Source of the DNA: Nostoc punctiforme PCC 73102
GTDB taxonomy: Bacteria; Cyanobacteriota; Cyanobacteriia; Cyanobacteriales; Nostocaceae
Length of the DNA: 32,000 bases
Assembly: GCF_000020025.1 (NCBI RefSeq)
Contig: NC_010630.1
Span: 30,001 to 62,000, forward strand
Direction: 5' to 3'
Positions 15,539 to 22,260 of the stretch are shown piece by piece. The stretch's first letter is position 1. Each line of letters starts with the position of its first letter. The position numbers and the translations under genes were made by a program. The notes under the pieces were generated by a model. The model worked only from the letters and a program-made list of their open reading frames with translations, ran no database searches and had not been told where the DNA came from.

Positions 15539-15664
15539 ATGAAGGTTTTGATGAAATTGCTGATGCGAATCTTGCCAGATGAGGTGGTAGAAGAAATCAA
15601 TGCTGTCAGTCTGGATGAGTTGGATAAACGAGGTTTAATTATTTGGGCAGAGGAGCAAACATGA
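15539..15664 (+). CDS. Hypothetical 41-aa protein; below the ORF-track cutoff
   Basis: It starts 2 nt after the previous stop and overlaps the next start as ATGA. Translation: MKVLMKLLMRILPDEVVEEINAVSLDELDKRGLIIWAEEQT. Confidence 0.35.
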   Translation: MKVLMKLLMRILPDEVVEEINAVSLDELDKRGLIIWAEEQT

Positions 15665-16266
15665 GCAGAACAGTAAAACTCAAGCTGGATGCACCCGTCA
15701 CATACGCTGCTTTACAGTCCTTAACGAACATCAGCCAAGAAACCATATTCCAAGCACTCGACGGCAACAAGACCGCCGCCGCAGAGGTGGCAGATTTCAG
15801 AATTAAGCAAACCCAACGCGCCCAAAATGCCAAGGCGGTATTCGGTAACTTAAACCAAGGGTTGCAGGCAACTGAAGCTGTTATGGCAGAAGAAACCCAG
15901 TTTCTCACCGCCGCAGGTACAAGCATCAACAAAATGGCTGATGGTTGGTCAAAGGTCAGAGTCAGCGATGCGCGTTTGGGCTATGGTCTACAGGAAAAAG
16001 TTATTGCATCTGACAACCAACTAGCCCAAGAACAGTTTCGGCATGGACGGACACTTAACCTGCTTGGTGAATCGCACCGTGCAACGCTCAGAGTGATTGA
16101 GATTGATGCTACCAAAGCACAATCTCAGGTTTGGCAGCAGGTAAAGGACAAACAGCAAGGACTTTCACCCGCAGACCGAGCCAAAGAAACACTAAAAGAC
16201 ATCCACAGACACGGTTCTAACGCCATGCGAGGGGTGAAAGGTTTCTTTAGACGGTTGATTGACTAA
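15661..16266 (+). CDS. Hypothetical 201-aa protein, probably helical or coiled-coil
   Basis: I prefer the ATG at 15661 (MSRTVKLKL) over the track start at 15643, because of the ATGA coupling. Confidence 0.55.
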   Translation: MSRTVKLKLDAPVTYAALQSLTNISQETIFQALDGNKTAAAEVADFRIKQTQRAQNAKAVFGNLNQGLQATEAVMAEETQFLTAAGTSINKMADGWSKVRVSDARLGYGLQEKVIASDNQLAQEQFRHGRTLNLLGESHRATLRVIEIDATKAQSQVWQQVKDKQQGLSPADRAKETLKDIHRHGSNAMRGVKGFFRRLID

Positions 16267-16273
16267 CAAGTAA

Positions 16274-16298
16274 ATTCCCAGGGGTGAACCCTGGGAAT
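16274..16298 (+). other. Perfect 10-bp intra-operon hairpin
   Basis: ATTCCCAGGG, loop GTGAA, CCCTGGGAAT. Only a weak T-tract follows. It may be an RNA-stability or attenuation element. Confidence 0.4.
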
Positions 16299-16320
16299 AA
16301 CTCTTTACAAGGTTTGGCCA

Positions 16321-16884
16321 ATGCTAACCAAAAATCAGAAAACGCCTATTTATTTTGATGCTGAGATTGTTGACGATTCGCCTACCTCCGTAACTGGGGA
16401 TGAATACGACAGTGAACAGGTACAACAGGCGATCGCAGAAATTGACAGTTCTATCACTATATTTCGTGGTATTGCCCAAGGTGCTGTTTTAGCAGGTTTT
16501 CAACTCACGTCAACGCAATCTCTGTATCTGGCTGGCAGTGTGGGACTGTTCCCCGCCGTTATTGCTGGCTTACCAGTGGGTGCTTCTTTCGCTGCTACCC
16601 TCTGCTACTTACGCTTTGAAAATGGTTTGATTCCCAAAATTACCAATCGTCAAAAGTTGGCTATTGGTGTGACTCGCACCGCGATGCTGGCTGCTAGTTC
16701 TTGGAAGCTAACCGGGGATGCCCAACAGATGGACTTTATAGCCCGTGGCAGTTTTCAAGTATTTACTCAGCAGGTGAGAGAGTTTGAAGGTATTCCGCAA
16801 CCTAGTCAAAATCATTTTGGCTTCTTGCTGGGTTTTTCCGTATGTGCAGCCCTAGCACTGTTTTTATTTTTACGTAAGAAGTGA
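16321..16884 (+). CDS. Hypothetical polytopic membrane protein (187 aa)
   Basis: An acidic N-terminal region is followed by several hydrophobic segments (AVLAGFQL..., LFPAVIAGLPVGASFAATL..., FGFLLGFSVCAALALFLFL). Confidence 0.6.
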   Translation: MLTKNQKTPIYFDAEIVDDSPTSVTGDEYDSEQVQQAIAEIDSSITIFRGIAQGAVLAGFQLTSTQSLYLAGSVGLFPAVIAGLPVGASFAATLCYLRFENGLIPKITNRQKLAIGVTRTAMLAASSWKLTGDAQQMDFIARGSFQVFTQQVREFEGIPQPSQNHFGFLLGFSVCAALALFLFLRKK

Positions 16885-17345
16885 TAATGAAAGATGTTAA
16901 ACCAGCAGAACTTAATCAACGCTCTTACAGCCTGCCACTGCGTTTAGATTTGGCTGTCAAACTGTCTGTGGTAGGTGCTGTAGTTTGTGCTATTGCTGCT
17001 CATATCGGTGATGGCATAGCCAAGAAAGAAATCTGTTTCTACCCAAAATCAGCCAGAATCCACGATGCACCCATTCAAGCTGGTGAAGGCAATCCAGAAA
17101 AACTATTGCTAGGTAAAAAGTATTGTCGCTATGAACAGCGATCGCAAATCCCAGAACCATATTTGAAGGCTAATCAGTACCGCACCAGCAACCCAAACTT
17201 TAACCCTTGGGCATTCCTCCAGCATGAAAGCTTGTACGTGTTCCGCGAACTGCCAGCCGACAACCCATTTAAGATTCATTTGGGTATTGCAGCGATCGCG
17301 TTCGGGGGGATGGGGTTATGGGGTGCTGGAGTTGATTTTAAATAG
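16881..17345 (+). CDS. Hypothetical membrane protein (~152 aa)
   Basis: A GTG at 16881 overlaps the previous stop (GTGA). An ATG at 16887 is the alternative. Hydrophobic segments sit near both ends. Confidence 0.55.
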   Translation: MIMKDVKPAELNQRSYSLPLRLDLAVKLSVVGAVVCAIAAHIGDGIAKKEICFYPKSARIHDAPIQAGEGNPEKLLLGKKYCRYEQRSQIPEPYLKANQYRTSNPNFNPWAFLQHESLYVFRELPADNPFKIHLGIAAIAFGGMGLWGAGVDFK

Positions 17346-17796
17346 GGGTGACATTATCCCTGGCAAGCAAGAAAGGGAAGAGATTAAATCTAGATATCTT
17401 CAGATAAAACCCATATCCTATAAAAACTTACGTCCTATATTGATTGCTTCTCTGGGTGGTTTTGTTGTGGCACTGATGCCTAAATTATCAAAACAGTCTA
17501 ATCCTGTTGCTGATGAAAAAACTTATCTGGATAGAGTTTTCGACTTGGAATTTGATTTGAGTGAGATAAGTCAACAATCAAAACACCAACAGCAATTAAG
17601 TGAAGTAGCCAACAAGGTTTTAGAATACTTCCAAAATGTGAAAAATAAAGTCCCAAAGACATTACGTGATTTAAAGAAAGCTGACAGACTTACCAGTTAC
17701 TCAGAACAAGAATTAATTGCTGGTTTAAAGGAATTAATCCAATTCGAGAAGCTCAACACTGGTGAAAACAATACTTATTTCTTACCTAATTGGTAA
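17323..17796 (+). CDS. Hypothetical protein with one predicted TM segment; start uncertain
   Basis: The longest ORF starts at ATG 17224 but would overlap the previous gene by 122 nt. In-frame GTG 17323 or TTG 17332 give a short overlap. The TM-like segment is ILIASLGGFVVAL. Confidence 0.45.
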   Translation: MLELILNRGDIIPGKQEREEIKSRYLQIKPISYKNLRPILIASLGGFVVALMPKLSKQSNPVADEKTYLDRVFDLEFDLSEISQQSKHQQQLSEVANKVLEYFQNVKNKVPKTLRDLKKADRLTSYSEQELIAGLKELIQFEKLNTGENNTYFLPNW

Positions 17797-17810
17797 AGTA
17801 TCTGCGGTAG

Positions 17811-17941
17811 TGCCGTAAATTTTAGAGGCTGTATCAAGTGGTTTATTGTTTTTGTACGGCATACGCTCAAATTACGGCAATCCTCATGCTGAAGGCATCT
17901 TAGCCTACGGCATAGTTACGGAACATTGGACACTTACGGCA
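17811..17941. repeat. Array of TACGGCA heptamers (four exact direct copies, one TACGGAA variant, one inverted copy)
   Basis: Direct copies lie at 17855, 17873, 17906 and 17935. The TACGGAA variant lies at 17917. The inverted copy TGCCGTA lies at 17811-17817. Confidence 0.7.
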
Positions 17942-18014
17942 GATATAGCGGTTCCCGGTCTACTGAGGTACATCGGTTAAATAAATAAGGTTGTGTATCT
18001 AAACAAGTATAGAA

Positions 18015-18380
18015 ATGAAAGCATACTCGCTCGACTTACGTCAGAAGATAGTTAATACATACTTAGAAGGTGGAATATCACAACGTCATCTAGCTAAAAG
18101 ATTTGGAGTAGCTTTAAGCTTTATTGAAAAATTACTTAAACAATATCAAGAAACAGGAAATATAGCTCCTAAAATCAGGATACAACAAACTCCACCAAAG
18201 TTAAATGAACAGCAATTGAATGTTCTGAAAGAAATTGTGGAAACAAATAATGATGCTACGTTATCAGAGATTCGTAACGAGTTAGAAAAAAAGACAGGGG
18301 TTCTGATTGGTCGTTCAACAGTAGATAGAATGTTGCAAACGCTGGAAATTAGAGTAAAAAAAAACATTGCACCCCTCTGA
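18015..18380 (+). CDS. IS630-family transposase, N-terminal HTH part (orfA)
   Basis: An HTH-like N-terminus (YSLDLRQKIVNTYLEGGISQRHLAKRFGV) is present. The ORF ends just after the A9 run at 18356-18364. Confidence 0.8.
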   Translation: MKAYSLDLRQKIVNTYLEGGISQRHLAKRFGVALSFIEKLLKQYQETGNIAPKIRIQQTPPKLNEQQLNVLKEIVETNNDATLSEIRNELEKKTGVLIGRSTVDRMLQTLEIRVKKNIAPL

Positions 18381-18969
18381 GAAAGAAACAGAAAGAGTTC
18401 AATTATTAAGAGTAAAATTCTGGCTCCAAATTCAAGCTATATCTGCTGTAAACCTTGTATTTATTGACGAATCAGGCGTAAATATATCTTTAATCAGAAA
18501 ATTTGCTCGTGCCTCAAAGGGTAAAAGAGCGTATGGGTCTCGTCCTCAAAAGCGTAGTCAGAATGTCTCTATAATTGGTGCAATTGGGATCAAAGGTGTC
18601 ATTAGTAAATATAGTCTTGTCGGTGCAACCAACGGGCTGACATTTGAAGCTTTTATTTCTCAAAAATTAGTCCCACAACTTTGGGAAGGTGCTTATGTCG
18701 TGATGGACAATTGTTCCGTTCATAAAGGTAAAGAAATTGAAAAGTTAATTGAAGCAGCAGGAGCTAAATTAATTTATTTACCTCCATATTCTCCTGATTT
18801 TTCACCAATCGAAAATTGCTGGTCAAAGATTAAAAGTATACTACGTTCTTTGGGTGCTAGAAATTATCCAGATTTAGCAAAAGCGATTGAAACAGCTTTT
18901 AATAAAGTTTCTTTAAATGATATTCGCAATTGGTTTATCCATTGTTGCTACTGTACCTCACTAGACTAG
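18367..18969 (+). CDS. IS630-family transposase, DDE catalytic part (orfB)
   Basis: The signature is FIDESGV...VMDNCSVHKG...PPYSPDFSPIENCWSKIK. It lies in the +1 frame relative to orfA. Confidence 0.8.
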   Translation: MHPSEKETERVQLLRVKFWLQIQAISAVNLVFIDESGVNISLIRKFARASKGKRAYGSRPQKRSQNVSIIGAIGIKGVISKYSLVGATNGLTFEAFISQKLVPQLWEGAYVVMDNCSVHKGKEIEKLIEAAGAKLIYLPPYSPDFSPIENCWSKIKSILRSLGARNYPDLAKAIETAFNKVSLNDIRNWFIHCCYCTSLD

Positions 18970-19093
18970 TAAACGCTATATCCAGTATTAATTAGTTTTA
19001 GATAGAATCCATATTTATATACATTAATTTCTGTACATATTACTATATTTAATCGTTAGAAATGCTCAATCAATTTCATTAAATGAGGCATCA

Positions 19094-20089
19094 ATGATGA
19101 CAGGTTTTATCCAATTTCGCCAAAACAACTTTTTTGCACTTGAAAGTCTAGCTCAAAATTTAAAATTCACACTTCAAGAAGTAGCAAGACTGGAGAAAGA
19201 TAACAAATATTTATTTGTACAAGCGGAAGCGACAATGGTTTACAGTCTTGTAAAAAATGCTGCTAGCTCCATCAATCATTTAGTACGTATAAATTTAGAT
19301 TGTGAAAAAAAAGCTATTGCAGTAATAAAAACTGTAGCTAATTATCTACATACTGCCTATATTCGAGTCTGCAAATATACTGGTTATATTGCACATAAAC
19401 TAGAACAGCTATTGCATGAAGCATTTAATCTGTTACCTTCAGGTATGACATTACAGCCTGAACTTTTTGCCCCCAATGAAATCAATACTGTTAGAGAAAA
19501 CAAAACTCCCCTTCTTGGTGTTATTGCCAATTGGTTTAAAGATAATGCTCAACGCTGGGCTTTTCAACAGCAACAAAAATTAGATAAACAGTATTTCGAT
19601 TATACCAACAATGGTAAACAAAAGCCTCCAGTTGCAGTGCAGCTATGTCTTGATTTAGAAAGTGTTACTCCTGCCCCGCCTGTTGATTCACCTGAAGTTA
19701 TTGCTCAAAAACTCGCTGCTTATGGTTATGTGAAATTGGAAGTCGAGAGTGAAACTAGACCTGACAGTTCTTGGAGTAGAGGAGATCGCCTAAAAAGCAG
19801 TGGGTGTTCTGGGACAATCGCCGACGTTAAGGGTAATAAAGCCAAAATAGATTGGGATAACGGATATTCAGAAGTTTATACCTTTGAGCAAATACACCTT
19901 TACGGTTATCAAAAGGTGGAAGCGCCGAAAAATCACACTTTTACTATCGACAATATCAAAAATTTAACCCTACGGGCTGCGCGAAAACTTGCCAGTGAGT
20001 TGGGACTGCCTCAAAAAATGAATGGGCAGGATTTGAGAAAGGAGGTGCTGATTGCTTCTCTGCTACACTGGCGGCAGCAGCAAGCGTGA
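19094..20089 (+). CDS. Hypothetical 331-aa protein with a C-terminal SAP/HeH-like motif
   Basis: The C-terminus LTLRAARKLASELGLPQKMNGQDLRKEVLIASLL resembles a helix-extension-helix (SAP or Rho-N-like) motif. The rest is unrecognised. Confidence 0.5.
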   Translation: MMTGFIQFRQNNFFALESLAQNLKFTLQEVARLEKDNKYLFVQAEATMVYSLVKNAASSINHLVRINLDCEKKAIAVIKTVANYLHTAYIRVCKYTGYIAHKLEQLLHEAFNLLPSGMTLQPELFAPNEINTVRENKTPLLGVIANWFKDNAQRWAFQQQQKLDKQYFDYTNNGKQKPPVAVQLCLDLESVTPAPPVDSPEVIAQKLAAYGYVKLEVESETRPDSSWSRGDRLKSSGCSGTIADVKGNKAKIDWDNGYSEVYTFEQIHLYGYQKVEAPKNHTFTIDNIKNLTLRAARKLASELGLPQKMNGQDLRKEVLIASLLHWRQQQA

Positions 20090-20232
20090 CGTTGTTACTA
20101 TTGTCCGAAATTCTATCCTTAGTAATAGGTTTATATGCAGACAATCTGGTGTTATAAATGCTGTGACTATAAAGCCCATCAAGAAAATGTTTGTTCTTGC
20201 TGTGGCAGAGTTAGGGAGTCTGCCACAGCAAG

Positions 20233-20469
20233 ATGTCTACAATGAATGCTAAGATCCCATCTAAAAATTATCGCTGGATAGTAAGTGGCATTTACGAAAA
20301 TAATGTAAGTTACTATCTTGATGTCAGAAATCATTGGATTTTAGATAAGGAACAAGCGCACCAGTTCACTGATAAACGCCAAGCTTTAGAAGCCTTTGAA
20401 ACTGTAGAAAGACCCTTTGATGATTTTTACCCTAATGTGCTTCAGATTGAAGAAGGTGAAGCGTTTTAA
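20233..20469 (+). CDS. Hypothetical 78-aa protein
   Basis: An ORF only. No family recognised. Confidence 0.4.
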   Translation: MSTMNAKIPSKNYRWIVSGIYENNVSYYLDVRNHWILDKEQAHQFTDKRQALEAFETVERPFDDFYPNVLQIEEGEAF

Positions 20470-20658
20470 TCAATGGGGTTAGGACAGTAGCAAGTGTCCT
20501 TAAATAGCCGCCATTAACGGACAGTTAGCCATAGCCCAAATGAATGCTTAACTGCTAAGATGCAAAGATAACAAGCACGATGGATCTAGAGAATACCCTA
20601 CACCAAGCAAAATTTGTTCTCTCTTGGATACGATTAAAAAAACACAAAGCTCATTATA

Positions 20659-21543
20659 ATGACTTATAAATATAAGCTAAAACTATACATTGTTAAGCCG
20701 ATGAAATGGCTCTTAGCAATTGCTGTGACTTTAAGCAGCACCACTCAATATCCAGTACAAGTAATAGCCCAAACAAAACAACCACCAACTACTAAGCAGC
20801 CTGTACAACCAGTTAAGACACCTGCTTCACCTCAACAACGTACCTCGCAACCAGTTTTTGTTTGGCCAAAAACACCTGCTCTAAGTCCTATATCTGGACG
20901 TAGAGTAGGAATGGGTAGTCGGGATAATTGTCCTGCGGTTGCAACTGCACTCACTGCTTTAGTACCATTGCAAGAGGCACAAAATGTTGGCAAACAGAGA
21001 GACGCATCAGTTATAGGGATTGTAGAGGGGCTAACCATCTCTGAAAGACCTACATTTTGGTTTTACGTTCCCTACACACGGGATTTAGCTGACTCAAGTG
21101 CTGAATTTATCTTACAGGACAGTGCAGAAACGAATATTTATGAAAAAGCGATCGCACTACCGTCGCAGCCTGGTGTCATTGGTATTTCTCTTCCTGATAA
21201 TGTTGCATCCTTAGAAGTAGGTAAAACATATCGCTGGTATTTAAAAGTTCGCTGCAACCAGAGAACAGCCAGCGTTCCTATATATGTTGAAGGAGACATT
21301 CAAAGAATCAATTTAGATTCTCGTGTGATGCAGCAATTGCAAACAACAACCGATCCCCAAGAAAAGATTGTTATTTATGCCAAAGAAGGTATTTGGTTCG
21401 ACGCTTTAACTATGCTGGCAAAACTACGCCTTGCTAATTCTAATGATGCATCTGTTAAAAAACATTGGCAAACTTTATTGCAATCTGTCAGTCTGGATAA
21501 TATTGCTACAGATCCTCTAGTGAATTCATCAAATGGCCAGTAA
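20659..21543 (+). CDS. Secreted DUF928-like protein
   Basis: A signal peptide follows the internal Met at 20701 (MKWLLAIAVTLSS...AQ). Blocks ERPTFWFYVPY, GKTYRWYLKV and VEGDIQRI match my memory of the cyanobacterial DUF928 family. Confidence 0.65.
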   Translation: MTYKYKLKLYIVKPMKWLLAIAVTLSSTTQYPVQVIAQTKQPPTTKQPVQPVKTPASPQQRTSQPVFVWPKTPALSPISGRRVGMGSRDNCPAVATALTALVPLQEAQNVGKQRDASVIGIVEGLTISERPTFWFYVPYTRDLADSSAEFILQDSAETNIYEKAIALPSQPGVIGISLPDNVASLEVGKTYRWYLKVRCNQRTASVPIYVEGDIQRINLDSRVMQQLQTTTDPQEKIVIYAKEGIWFDALTMLAKLRLANSNDASVKKHWQTLLQSVSLDNIATDPLVNSSNGQ

Positions 21544-21916
21544 TTTACAGCAGAATTTAGGTGTTTTTATACATAATCTTAGCGATCGCTTTTTTGTAAG
21601 TATCTAAAAGTTCTTTATCTTCTGCTGTCATTAGCCTCGATCTACTTCTTGGATATGATTAATACTCTCGAATTCCGACGTTGATCTACAGTCCCTCCTA
21701 TATTTGCGATTAATCCGACTCTGTTGGCGAATTGCGATCGCTTCCTCAAAGCTTTGAGATGTCCTAGCTCCTCACCCCAGAAATTGAAACACAACTATCT
21801 TAAGAAAGATAAATTAGGTTAAAACCCTCTTCCCTCCTGCTACCCGACCACGGTGATGCCTAGCTTGAAAATACTACTTCGACCAATATCGATGTAGATA
21901 CCTCAATACCCTAATT

Positions 21917-21997
21917 CCCCCTGCTCCCTGCCCCCTGCCCATTTTCATGCTTGGCTGTGAAATTTTTTCATCGGGACTGCCTCCTGCCTCCTGCCTC
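21917..21997. repeat. STRR-like heptamer tandem repeats
   Basis: CCCCTGC-like units x3 lie at 21917-21940, and (CTGCCTC)x3 lies at 21977-21997. Confidence 0.7.
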
Positions 21998-22260
21998 ATC
22001 CCAACTACAAATATTTACTCGGTTTTACTTACTTTGGTTCATTCTGTAAGCGATTTACAGATATTTTTGGCAATTTTTATCACACCAGTGAATACCTTCA
22101 TCTTATTCATACCTATAAAAATATAGGAGCCAAGCTTCTTAATGCTTAACTTAATGAAATTAAGAAACCTTGGATTTTAGCAAATAGGGAACAGAGAGAA
22201 TCTTGCAAGGGATCTTTCAAGTTTTACAGTATCAATTTTCAATTTTTGGGAGTATTGTTT

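Larger units (their letters stand above)
17946..18978 (+). mobile_element. IS630/Tc1-mariner-family insertion sequence (1,033 bp)
   Basis: Imperfect terminal inverted repeats match 22/27: TAGCGGTTCCCGGTCTACTGAGGTACA against the reverse complement of the right end, TAGCGTTTACTAGTCTAGTGAGGTACA. A TA dinucleotide flanks both ends (17944-17945 and 18979-18980). The element carries a two-ORF transposase. Confidence 0.85.

Noticed and set aside
15639-15932. Minus-strand 97-aa ORF opposite the 15661-16266 gene
   Set aside because: It is antisense to a gene that is translationally coupled within a long same-strand operon. Its hydrophobic translation is typical of antisense reading of an Ala/Gln-rich gene.
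19956-20252. ORFs 19956-20144(-) and 20052-20252(+) between the 331-aa and 78-aa genes
   Set aside because: They overlap the ends of better-supported ORFs, and their translations are unremarkable. They are probably spurious.
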